The notes below the pieces were generated by a model. It did no database searches. It was not told the origin of the DNA and was given only the letters and a program-made list of their open reading frames with translations. A DNA stretch of 63,761 nucleotides from positions 142,121,376 through 142,185,136 of the forward strand of contig NC_068981.1 of the NCBI RefSeq assembly GCF_001194135.2, in the 5' to 3' direction. The number at the start of each line of letters is the position of its first letter. The first letter of the stretch is position 1. A program made the position numbers and the translations under genes. Positions 1 to 12,733 of this stretch are shown piece by piece. The stretch is from Octopus bimaculoides (lineage: Eukaryota).

Positions 1-305
1 ATCACATCACATCACCACGCACACACTAGCACTGACCAATTCCCAGCTCCCACACTAACATCCACACACCAACACATGCACACAGACACACGTCAAGGTC
101 ACTAGCCCTCTTCCACACGCACATACATGCTCTCTTATAAACACGCACGGGCAAATTCGTTTTGGGATCACCACTACTTTATTATCTGCCCTTCTTAGTA
201 GCTCTCCTGTATGACCCCTCTGTCCGTCATTCGCCATGATGGATCGCTAGCCACTACACATTCTTTATTTTCTCTTTTGTCTTTTTTTTTGTGAATTCTC
301 CTTCT

Positions 306-357
<52 letters not shown>

Positions 358-440
358 CATATATAATATAAATAATATATAAGTTTATGCATATATCCAT
401 ACATATTTGTACATACCTACATATATATGTATATATACAT

Positions 441-825
441 GCATACATGTCTACAGGACATCGAAAAACAAAAACGTTAAACACAATGAGAAACGAAAAC
501 ATAGAAAACGAACTTTTTTTCGAACAACGAAAAACACAAAAAGAGAAACGAGACATGCAACATAAATGGTATACCCCTTCGTCAGTTGTCCCTGTTTCAT
601 CTACTCCGCATTACGAAGGCAAGGACAATACGCGATTTCGTTGAAACAGTCCTCCCCGCAAAGCAAATTAAATAAAATTTGGGATTTTTGCGGAGGGTGA
701 AAGTGTTAACAAGAACAGGACAGTGAGTACACGACAGTAAAAACGAACTGTGAGGGCTGTTGAGCCAAGACGATAGAAAAATTATTATGAACGCTAGGTA
801 GACGAGCCATGAAAGGAGACAGGAG
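441..825 (-). mobile_element. Putative Penelope-like pLTR-type non-autonomous repeat carrying a hammerhead-like motif
   Basis: Non-coding island between microsatellites. The minus strand has CGAAA-TCGCG-TA, a 9-bp stem, then CTGACGA. The family assignment is inference. Confidence 0.35.
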
Positions 826-835
826 NNNNNNNNNN

Positions 836-886
<51 letters not shown>

Positions 887-2018
887 TGTGTGTGTTTGTA
901 TATGCGTGCGGGTGCTCTTGTGTGTGCATGTGCGTATGGATGTGTGCGTGTGTTTTTGTGCGCGTACGCGTAAGGAAATGTAAAAATAAATCAGATTCCA
1001 TAGAAATTGCTGGATTTTCGGAGTCAAAAATCTGTTGTAGACTCTCAGCAAAAAGAACCCTGAAGTGATATCAAATTACGTTCACTTGCCAGGCAAAAAG
1101 CACCAAAGAATTTGTAGATAAAAAAACGAGAAAAATGTATTTTATGGCGGTTCACTTCTTTCGCAAGAGTATTAGACTTTTGTAAAGTTAAATTGCTAAA
1201 TACCAATAATCAAAGCTGTCTTGTAATTTCAGGAATCTGGGAAGTTTAAATTTCAGCATATGTAATTTTATAGACTTATTCTTAACTATGTCAATAGGAT
1301 AATGGCAAACATTAAAGATAAAAAATAAAAAGAGGCAGTTTTTTTTTTATGAATGTATATAAAATAGTATCAATTAATTCTTTGACCCTTCTAGATTAAA
1401 TCAGGTACACATCAACGAAAAGATATTGAAAGAACTGGTTGACTTTAAGTTCAATAATGTTAATAGTCTTCATCACTTGCTTGGCATTGATCCACCTCAT
1501 ATCAGATGGGATGTTGCCAGCGAAGCTGAAAATAATAATAATAATAATAATAATAGTAAAAAAGAGGCATATATTTGAAACAAATACATTACAAACGCGA
1601 TGATAAGACTCGAAAAAAATGTCATGATATTACTTTACCTGAAGAGGATACGAAAGAACCAATCCAAAATAAAAAAAAATAAAAATAAAAAATCGTTTGA
1701 AGAAGAGAGCGGTAAATGTTAAATGCTCAAATGCTGGGAGCAAATATGAAGGTAGAATCACGGGAAAAGTTTTCAAAAGACGTGATACTTGCTTCAAGCC
1801 GTCTTAATCGACTTCATGTTCGATTGAGCCATAGCTAAGACACATTAGTGAAATGGGTGGCATAACATGGTATGGTTTTTTTTTTGTGAATTTGTGGAAA
1901 CCTTGAGTCACCTGTTAGTTGATCTGTTATTGGATGTTTGGAGAAATAACATGCGAAGCGTGAGATTATTTGAAGAGAAAAGAGGGGAAAATAACTATAC
2001 ATATGAGATACGACCATT

Positions 2019-2236
2019 ATTACTACTACTAATAATAATAATAATCCTTTCTTCTATAGGCACAACGACTGAAATTTGTAGGGAGGGGGGCCAGTCGATT
2101 ACATTGACCTCCAATTTATCAACCCCGAAAAAATGAAAAGCAATGTCGACCTCGATGGAATTTGAACTCAAATCACGAAAAGATGGACGAAATGCCGCTG
2201 AGCATTTTGCCCGGCGTGTTAAAGATTTTGCCAGGT
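2019..2236 (-). mobile_element. tRNA-derived SINE (family A, ATT tail), decayed
   Basis: The minus strand has a B-box-like GAGTTCAAATTCC, then a GAGGTCGAC...TTTCGGGG body and an (ATT)n tail. The same family occurs at 12.9, 13.6, 35.3 and 59.1 kb. Confidence 0.8.
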
Positions 2237-2240
2237 TACT

Positions 2241-2459
2241 TACGAGGAGTTGCTGAAAAGTTCCTGGCTTAAGGTTATCGCGAAAGGCCTGGTTGGAAGC
2301 CCAACCTTCCGACTTTTTTATTTAGAGGTTAGAAAAACTGAAAGACTTCTGGGATGAGTGTGAATCTGAAAGAGGAATATGTTGAATAAAATCATAATTA
2401 ACGAATCTTCCTGTATTTTCTTTTACCCAAAACCAGGAAACTTTCAGTATTCCCTCGCA
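2241..2459 (+). mobile_element. Mariner-derived MITE
   Basis: TIRs TACGAGGAGTTGCTGAAAAGTTCCTGG and CCAGGAAACTTTCAGTATTCCCTCGCA. The interior resembles the mariner C-terminus (KL..W.KC..L.GEYVE*). Confidence 0.8.
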
Positions 2460-3204
2460 TAATCCCACTCGTGATGCCCAGACACGCATATACCCGCACA
2501 TTACTGAGTTCTCAAATGCGCTTTATACATTGTCATACTAGCTTTTTGTAGTATCGAGGATTTGAATATTGGTTGCGTTTTCCATTCTTTACGACAGTGG
2601 AGTAATATTTGAAAGAGATTAGGGTGCTATTTCTTGCTCATCAAGTAATAACGTAGTGAAAGCCATCATTGCTTCGTCATTAACTTAAATATATTGCATT
2701 GCTTCAACAAAACTAGTTCTGTAGGCAATATTTTCTGTTCAGTAGATTTTCGCATATATAGCAATGCTTATTACGTATCTCGATGTTACGAGCTCAGCTT
2801 CATTTCATGCGTGAAATAAAGAGACAAGGGCAAATAAGAATACACCAACAACAAAAATGCAATATAAAAAAAAAACAAAGAAAGCAAGAAACAAAAAAAA
2901 TATCTAAGCAATATAACAGGAGTAAAAAAAAAATTGAAAACAATTCACAAACCGAAAATAGAAAAAAATTCTTTCAGCAATTACAGGAAATAAATGTGTT
3001 GTCGTGATGTATATGCGAGTGTTTCTTTCCCACTCTCTATTTCTATCTCACTTATTCTTTCCCTAAACCTGTCTTATCTTTTTACTCCCTGTTAAGAGTT
3101 CGTGCAACATATTTTTACATGTGTGTGTAATGCTTAAGACATATTCGAATCTTTTGTTTTTGGTTTGGGTTTATTTGCGCGCATATGTACTAGATACATC
3201 TACC

Positions 3205-3207
<3 letters not shown>

Positions 3208-3272
<65 letters not shown>

Positions 3273-3309
3273 TGTGTCTGTGTGTGTGTCTAATACATAT
3301 ACAAATATG

Positions 3310-3360
<51 letters not shown>

Positions 3361-3771
3361 CTAGATACATGTGAAGGCGTTCAATGCGTATGACAGCGTG
3401 TTTGTAGGGTTGAATGTGAACAGAGAAGCGCATATACTTGTGATGAGTTAGTGAGTAGACTAATTGTAGAGTAAGATTGACCTAGCAAGTGCTTCGCCTT
3501 AACTATCTCCAATAACATGGAGACATATCACTAATAAGTAAGTCGTGTGGTGATAAGTACAATTAGAAGCTGTAATGTGTAAAGGAAACACACATGAAAA
3601 TCAAATTCAAACGCAAATCAGGTGGTAAAAGAAATGTAAAAACCTAATACCTCGATATACGTATTCAGACATATACGAACATACTCACAAAAATGTAAGC
3701 CTACAATATATATATATATACATATATACGAATACGAACATATATATATATATATATATATGCATATGAAC

Positions 3772-3810
<39 letters not shown>

Positions 3811-4096
3811 TATACATACATATATATGCCTATCCATATATTCATATATATATAAATATACATATATATATATATATACATATATAAATATATACATATA
3901 TATACATATATACATATACATATATACATACATATACATGTATGTATATATATATATATATATGCATATACATACATATATATGCATATCCATATATTCA
4001 TATATATATATAAATACATATATATATATATATACATATATAAATATATACATATATATACATATATACATATACATATATACATACATATACATG

Positions 4097-4137
<41 letters not shown>
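3208..4137. repeat. Compound (TA)n/(TG)n/(CATATA)n microsatellite field
   Basis: Seen directly. Includes a ~160-bp unit duplicated at about 3803-4130. Confidence 0.95.
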
Positions 4138-4140
<3 letters not shown>

Positions 4141-4278
4141 TACCAAATCCGATCAAAAGGCCTTAGTCGGCCCGAGGCCATAGTAGAAGATACTTGCCAA
4201 AGTCCCCCGCAGTGTAATGGAACCTGTTACCATGTGATTCTCAAGCTAGCTACTTACCACACAACCACTCCTGCGCCT
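4138..4278 (-). mobile_element. tRNA-derived SINE (family B) 5' part
   Basis: The minus strand starts AGGCGCAGGAGTGGTTGTGTGGTAAG with a decayed B box. It aligns by eye to 12757-12892 and 46940-47104. Confidence 0.85.
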
Positions 4279-4527
4279 ATCACATATACTTTTATTATTA
4301 AAGTTGGAAAAACATGACTAACTCTTTTACACAGTGTACCTATTCGTCGGACAGTTGTGATTAAGAGAAACGTTAAACTTTGCTAAAAGAACATATTACT
4401 CTATCTTTTGTATTTAAGTACTAATTTTCCACCTTGTTTTACATTTAAGTGCTTACGCGTCTGTGTGCGTGTATGTGTGTTTGTGTGTGTGGAAGCATTT
4501 TTTAATATGTTTTATATGAATATATAA

Positions 4528-4558
<31 letters not shown>

Positions 4559-4963
4559 AATTATTCGACTGAGATCGTTTCTCGGACTGGTCAATTCATT
4601 GCTCTTCATTTCGTATCTACTCCAGTCCCTTCATGCTGAGAAGGAGTGTGAACAGCAACAGATGGTACCGAACATTGTGATGGATTGTATGCGGTGTGTT
4701 TGTGTTTAAGTTACCTACTATTGCGAGCAGCGATAATGATTATGCCGTTGAGAGTTAACGTGGGTAGTTAGTTTCATGGCGTATGTTATGAACAAGTACA
4801 ACAGTAGGCAGCAGGTGGAAGGGGAGGAAAACCTAAAATGTTTTATAGATGTTCTATTGTGTTTACGTAATTTTGTGTGAGAAAAGGAAATTCTGGTTTG
4901 GTGTTTGCAGCATTGAGAAGACGTACGAAGTAGTGATGCAGTGATTAGAGCTGTTGCAATAGC

Positions 4964-5153
4964 TAGAGGTAAAATTTATCCCCACTTAAACGTGGATGTT
5001 CTCTTAGAACAAACTATATTGAAATAGTTATCATGAGAAAAATCTCGAATTGGCGTTTGGTGTAAAATGCACCAAAAACCATAGGAGAGTTTCTCATGTT
5101 AAATACTGCAATATAGATCAGCGACATTTAAGTGGGGATAAATATTACCTCGT
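4964..5153. mobile_element. Foldback MITE with ~28-bp TIRs
   Basis: GAGGTAAAATTTATCCCCACTTAAACGT (4966-4993) is the reverse complement of 5124-5151 with 2 mismatches. An inner IR is also present. Confidence 0.8.
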
Positions 5154-5569
5154 GGTATTAATAGCACCTCTGTCGCTAAAAATTATGTAGTAGCTATAAT
5201 AGTTTAGCCGGTGGTGAATTTGGCAATCGCTATTGCCTCCGCCTTAAACATGGTTATTTAGTTTGTTTTTGCTAGACTGGAGCGCTACAGTTCTCTGATT
5301 TGATTTTAATTTGCTTTTTAACTTTATTTTCTACTGTACCAACGTGTACAATATTGATGTTTCATTTAACATTTTTCCTTCTAATTTTTAATGTCTTTAC
5401 ATCACTAATTATTGTACCAGCGAGTTGGTGAAGGTTGCTATTTACTTTGATTATAACATTTCCCAGATATTTGGTGTTGAGTTCTAGTATTAATTTTATT
5501 TATATTTTGATATACTTTTTGCAATGTGAGCTCTTTCGAAATCAGAAAGGAGCGTAAAATGTGATCGGA

Positions 5570-5775
5570 TTATTGCAAGAGTGATTGCCTACCACCAACA
5601 GAGAAGTACATATTTCGTCGATCATAGAAGAAAGTTAGGGTTTGCCACTTTAAGATTTGTTCTCAAGTGAATATAAGCTTATATCGATTGTCCAAGGCGT
5701 ATGACAGTGTATTTGTAGGAGTTAATAGCTTTGAAAGTTTGCAAATTTTGGGCAATTTTAGTGAATCGTAAACCA
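5570..5775 (+). mobile_element. Highly decayed LINE reverse transcriptase fragment
   Basis: Frame-hopping reading IIARVI...GF.TLRFVLK...AYID/SKAYDSV...LQILG resembles RT subdomains 1-3 (AFIDLSKAYDSV). Confidence 0.45.
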
Positions 5776-6829
5776 CAGACACATTCATGCCTCTTTCTAT
5801 AGTAACAAGCCAAACATGAGAACTCTTTTGTTTGCGAGAAAGCACATTTGTTGAAAATATATTCTACACGAAACCACGTGCGTTGACGCTAATCTGCTTC
5901 TTGTGAGATGTGCTAAAGGTAAAAACTAAATAGGTCTTACATCAGGTACCCCAAATTTGTTTTCTTTTAGTTTTTGCATAATCGTATGAATTCCCACATG
6001 TAGAATACCTATTCGCAAAAAGTTTTTGAAAATAAGAAATAATAAATAAGTTATGAGGAGTTATATATCGTTCGTAGAGGAGAGATTGATTTATTTAGTT
6101 TCATATTAAAACACGTGCAATTTTCAGAATGTTGATAACTCGTCCAGTCACGCACAAACAGAAAAGATCCCGACTGTATATAGTCTTGAGAGTAAATTTT
6201 GATGATGAAATCTGCTCGTATGCCCCACAGTGGCCCGCAATTGTAATTCCAGTTTTCGACAAAATCACATATATTTTGCCTGTACAGTATGTCCTATGCA
6301 TACATGTCTGTCGAGAACATAACCGCTTACATTATAATTCATTATTCGAGCAGTCCCTTCGACGCAACTACAGAAACACTTGTCTGTCACAACCGAAGCA
6401 CGATCTATCATCATGCATGTATGTGTACGTTCCTCTTTTGGGATTTGTTCAAGAATATATGTAGGTATATTTGTTTATGTATGTATGTATGTATGCATGC
6501 ATGAATGCGTGCATGTATGTATGAATGCGTGTGCAAATATATCTCTTTCTCACTCTCTCACACTCTATTCCTATATATATATATATACACACACACATGT
6601 ATGCGTGTACACAAACATGTACATATATGTGTGCGTGTGTTCCTGGCATTCATTACGGATCGATATCAATATATCAATAAATAATAGACAGGAAATTCTT
6701 TAGAATTAATTCTGCTTAAACTTGTAGTCTCTCGTCGTGAAGGTTGGTTTCTATTTCAAACAAGAATGAGAAATATCCACATACCCACGGCTCCCTTACA
6801 TCATCAAAGCACAGCAACAGCACTTACTA

Positions 6830-7980
6830 CTAAACCCCCTCTTTTATGCCACTATTACTACTAATACCACTATTGCTACTACTGTAATTTTCATAGGTGC
6901 ATTGATTAATTATGTCTTGCATGCACAACCACATTGCAACGATTTTTACAGGCTGGAATTTCCTGTTCACTGTGTGGGCCCCACCACTATTCCTCATTTT
7001 CAATCTCCTCATCTTGATCATCATCTCCTACTTCGTTTTCGTCATCATCATCATCATCGTAATAGTAATCATCGTCATCGTTGACGTCGTTACTAACGTA
7101 GCCACCATCAGCACCAGCGTCATTATCCTCATCAACCAGCGATTGTCAGCCTTCTTAATAAATGGCCTGTCAACGTTGGTGGTTAGTGACTGACCACAAG
7201 GATGACTGACACCAATGACCATTACTCGCTCTCTAACTCACTGCCTCTTTCACTCACGCTCACGCATTCATTCATTCTGTCACTCGTTTTTCTTTGTTTT
7301 TTCATTCTTATTTCATTTTTCTTTCACTTCCTATATTTGCTTTATTTCTATTTCTCTCCAAATCGACCGGACTTCAAACAAAAACAACTGACCACCGATG
7401 TGATCACTTCCAAACTACAACCACCACACAGCACAACCACTACTCCTACCAACACCACCTCTATTGCCGCTACTGTTATTAAGCCTCCCGCACTCTTTCA
7501 CTACTCAGTCTTTTATCAGAAGGGTTATAGAAAATGTTAGCCATTAATTAAATAGCCACTCCTATCCAACTCACCAAGCATTAACCTTCTCGATAGCCTT
7601 CCACCAGAAGCTCTCCCACTAAACACCTCAACTACCCTGTACAAAATCACAACTATTACTGCACAAAACCAATACTCTTCTCCTCCTCTCCAGAATGTAA
7701 CAGTTTCAATGGACACCACTACACAATCGCCACTATTACGATAAAGTAGGGACACCGCCATCACCATCACCACAACAAACACTAACACCTGCAGTAGCAC
7801 TTCACACTAACTCACTCAACTAACAAGGAATGTTCAATATCCAACCTACATAATGTTGATGACTAAGCTGTACAATACTGTCAATAACCCACTGCCTGCT
7901 ATCATCTTACCCATGTTACTATACCATTCTCAATAATGATAACGTAATCTTCAGCACAGTCAACATCATCATCAACTTCA
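6830..7980. repeat. Degenerate (CAT/ACC/ACT)n low-complexity tract
   Basis: The plus strand is G-poor with decayed trinucleotide periodicity. Confidence 0.8.
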
Positions 7981-8701
7981 ATTCAGACCTTTTGTTGGAC
8001 ATGGCGGTTGATTGACAGAATCATTACACCCTTATCACGCCTTCTCCGGCTTCCTACGTTTTGAGTTCAAATTACATCGAGATTGAATTTACATTTACAT
8101 CCTCCTTAGCAAATGAAATAAAGTACTATCTACAAAAAGTACTGGGTAAATGGACGGTCACTCAATCTGCTAGAGAGAGAGAGAGAGTAACCAAATCACA
8201 CTCAAATTAGACGGAAATTTCTAAAACTAGGATGAGTTGAATAGAGTGGTATAGGAGAATTCAAATGGTAACGAGAATGTCATGGAAGAGGGTGTCTTTG
8301 ATGCTAGACTTTCAAAATCATTACCAATTTGGTGTTAAGCAAACAAAACCATTTTAAGACATTTTAACGACAGACCTGCCTGACTCTTACCTTAAGACGG
8401 AAAGTGTGATTTAAAGAAGGTTCGACTGCATTTCTACAGCTTCGTTAGCTGCAAAATCTTTTAGATGTATGCCTACAAGAAATAAGAACACAAAAACCGT
8501 GATCGCTCGTGCTTTAGTCGAAGGTTTTTTGCTAACGGCAACGTTGACCACCACATAGCGTAATCTGTATGGTTTTCTGGAGCTATGGCATGTATCTAGT
8601 TGATCCATTGAGTGCACAACAGATTCATGCCAGTTACGTACTTATAACAGTTATATTTATGGATTTATTGCAATATCAGTATCCTACTACGAACACTATA
8701 A

Positions 8702-8927
8702 CAGTGATTCCTCGCCATATCGTGGTGCACTTATCGCAGTTTATTATTCAAGCTTTCGTCGATTCCTCCGTGGTGTTGTTTTGCATTTATGATAAAATAA
8801 ATATATAGAAATTATAGAAATAATAATAAAACGTATACAGCACAGTACTGTTTCTACTTCGCTGACTTTCACTTATCGCGGGGTAGAGGTTTGGAACGTA
8901 AAACCCGCGATAGTCGAGGGATAACTT
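8702..8927. mobile_element. pogo/Tigger-like MITE
   Basis: Left end CAGTGATTCCTCGCCATATCGTGG and right end CCGCGATAGTCGAGGGATAACTT form imperfect TIRs, with TA at or near both ends. Confidence 0.75.
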
Positions 8928-9405
8928 TATTTTTAAGCCTAAGTGTATAGTTGTGAATTTTAGTAATTTAGTGTATGTACAGATATATATATATATATAT
9001 ACGTAAATATGACTTCTATTATATATCTCGGCTATGGAAGTCTCAAAACATGAATATTCTTTACTACATCACAGTACTCTTATTGAACGATTGTCAATAG
9101 AGAGTAATACAATATTTATTGTGTTGTTTATAGTGCAGACAGAAACACAGACACATATAAAACGAATATACACACGATCAAAGAAAACTTATAGGACGTA
9201 GCCAAGACATACACGTAAAACACTCACGCACAATTTTAACAACGTTACTCACTTGAACGAACACACATACATAATTAAAAAAAAAAAAAGATACACTTAT
9301 ATACACATATAACATTTTCTGAATGATTCTGAATGAGCACTAGTTTAATGTGCAATTGAAATGGAAGTAAATTTTGCTGAGACTCACTAATGACTATGGC
9401 AATTC

Positions 9406-9466
<61 letters not shown>

Positions 9467-9619
9467 CACATACACACACATATGGGGTAGGGTTATTAAA
9501 AACTAAAAAGAAAACTACTTCGTGGATATTTAAAATCAGAATTGACCATCACAAGTTAGCATTGATATCTAGTCAAGACGCAAACATTTTCTAGTAGGAA
9601 TGTTTCGTACTCGAAAGGT

Positions 9620-9847
9620 ACTGCTGTCATTTATGTTACCAATGCCACCGCCACAAACATCATCATCACATTCATCATGCACAAAGCATTATCAGGGACC
9701 CAACCAACAGCTCTACTGACCTTCATTATCACTGAACATCATTGCAAATGCGACAAGGTCAAGAACCTCTACTAGCTTCGGAGAAAGTTTTGAAAACAAT
9801 GGCAGACAGCAACAATAGCAACCACCACGACCACCACGACCACCACG

Positions 9848-9918
<71 letters not shown>

Positions 9919-10066
9919 AACTACTACTATTTCATCATCATCAACGTCGTCATAGCAACCATCATAACCATGCCATCAACGATTTCCTCACACACCTCGT
10001 TTACCATCGCGATCCTCACCATCACTGCCGCCACTTCAATTATGTCACTATGATGATTGTTACACT

Positions 10067-10104
<38 letters not shown>

Positions 10105-11018
10105 TTTACACTACTGCTGCTGCTGCGAAAAATAATACTGTCACCGCAATCTCCCTCACCACATCAACAAAAAAATATACAAAGCAACAACGTGAGCGGA
10201 TAAAGTATGACCGACCTTAAACCTGACCCTTTCAAAACTTCCTATCTGTCACCACAGAGGGAGAGTGTGTGGGGCAGGGGGATAGCGCAGGTGGGGGTGG
10301 TGGTGAGAGAGTGACAAATTGACAGAAAGAGAGAGAGATAAAGCGGACGCAAATATCATCCATGACTCCTATCACATAATCCCCACCACCCGACTTATCC
10401 CCTAATCAAACCACACATTATCACCCGCACCACCCACTCAGTATACAACAACAACAACAACGATGACGACGACGACGACGATGATGACGACAGCAAGACC
10501 AACAAGAAGAATAATCTTGTATCTCTGTAGAATCTTCATTCATTTTTGAGTTGTCAATCCAGACAAGAAAGAGACAAAGAGAAGAAAAATGAAAAGGAGA
10601 CAAAAAAAAAAAACGGTTTAAAAAAAAATGCTTTTTGCCTTCTCTGTGCCTTCTACCACTAGCATTCTTATTCTATGTCATTCTTTCACAACATTCTCAT
10701 CTTCGACATCAACATCAACATCACTATCACTACCACCATATTCCATCATCATCATCATCATCATCAACATCATCATCGCTATTGTCACATTCTTCATCAG
10801 GACTACTCCCACCCCATCCTCACCACTGTCATTGTCATCTCTGCCACCAGCAGCAGCACCTCCACCACCATCATCATCATCATCATCGTCGGCGTCGTCA
10901 TCGCATCACCGCCTCCAGTAAGGTCACATTTATCATAACCAACAATCGCCACTTTTGCCACATTCATCACTACTACAACACCAAGCACCACCACCACCAC
11001 CACCACCACCACCACCAT

Positions 11019-11059
<41 letters not shown>

Positions 11060-11060
11060 G

Positions 11061-11094
<34 letters not shown>

Positions 11095-11104
11095 GCTGCT
11101 GCTG

Positions 11105-11152
<48 letters not shown>

Positions 11153-12111
11153 TCATCATTATCATCATCATCATATTCATCATCAAATATGCAACTATAA
11201 CCACCTTCATATTCACAATTGTCATCATAACTACCACCATTACACCATCATCATTGTTTGCCGTCTTCAAAATATTGAATTACATACAATCTATAACTCA
11301 GCAGTCACTTTAATACCACCACCATCACCACCACCACCACCACCACCATTTCCACCACTAACCATCTTCGCCATCACAACCACTTCCACCAGCACCATCA
11401 CCGTCAACACAAGAGCTAATAACACTACGACCACCACAGCTACAACTGCTCGCCCATAAGCAAACCCTTGCGATTAATAACCAACATCAAGAGTGAGGCT
11501 GTACAAAGTCATTCGATATGCTAGATATAGCAGCTAAGTCTCCCTTAAATCATGTCCTACCTTCATGCTATATTACAATATACTGGATTTTCTTGATCTG
11601 AAAAAAAAGAGAAAAGACAAGAACAAAAACAACAACAAATAAAACGGGATGGCTGGGGCTGGTTTGAGTTGATTACAGGTCTTGCTCGATCATATTTTGA
11701 CCTGGGGCTAAACGACAACGGGAACGTCAACAATAACGATCCTACCACCAGCCTCAGCAGTCAAAAATAATGGTAGATCCCATAGTTCCGCCTGAACAAT
11801 GAACAACACAATAAATACCAGCTGAGAAGAAGTGTCATTACCACCACCATGATACTACCTCCTGCAAAACACTCTCAACTTTCTCATTACTACTAGTACT
11901 ACACCCTCCACATACCACCATCATCACCACTAATCCTCTTATTGCTTCTTATCACACCATAACTGCCTTAGCTATTAATTACACCCATTCCTAATACTAT
12001 CACCTCCTCCTACCACTACTCACTGACAACGCCATCTTCATAGCATTGAGTATCAACACTTCCACCAACCATCATTTATAAATGATAACGATGTCGTTGT
12101 TGATAATAATA

Positions 12112-12143
<32 letters not shown>

Positions 12144-12150
12144 GATGATG
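9620..12150. repeat. Large compound trinucleotide domain (CAC/TAC/CAT/CAA/TGC)n
   Basis: Seen directly. Source of the poly-H/Y/L/V pseudo-ORFs. Confidence 0.9.
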
Positions 12151-12484
12151 GAAATGAAGGAAAATGAAATGAAGATGGATGGACGTTTTAATGATCTTCC
12201 CAGCCACGTTTCAGCTAACACAGATGTATTTACGCTTTTTTCTGAGCAAACACAGCCCAGACTATAGACTTTATAAAATAATGGTGCTTGATATAAATAT
12301 GAATAATCTGTTCTAGCATCAGTAAAAAGCCGCTAAATTTGGCGGGAATTGACGACAATCGATTATTTTCAAACGCGGTACATAACTGGTATTTTATTTT
12401 AGCGAAGAGTAAAAGTAACTTCTACGGGATGGGATCACCCACATAAAAAACATCGGAGCAAACACAAAATATTCTCTTCGACAC

Positions 12485-12694
12485 TCTTTTACTCTTTTAC
12501 TCTTTTACTTGCTTCAGTCATTTGACTGCGGCCATGCTGGATCACCACCTTTAGTCGAGCAAATCGACCCCAGGACTTATTACTTGGAAGCCTAGTACTT
12601 ATTCTATCGGTCTTTTTTGCCGAACCGCTAAGTTACGGTGACCTAACCACAGCGGCATCGGTTGTCAAGCGATGTTGGGGGCACAAATACACAC

Positions 12695-12733
<39 letters not shown>

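Noticed and set aside
1639-1660. CTGAAGAGGATACGAAAG hammerhead-like word
   Set aside because: Stem II is 1 bp, there is no UH site and no stem I.
3386-5719. 23-nt near-identical word at 3386-3408 and 5697-5719 (21 of 23)
   Set aside because: A single such match is roughly what chance allows in 64 kb of AT-rich DNA, and it does not extend.
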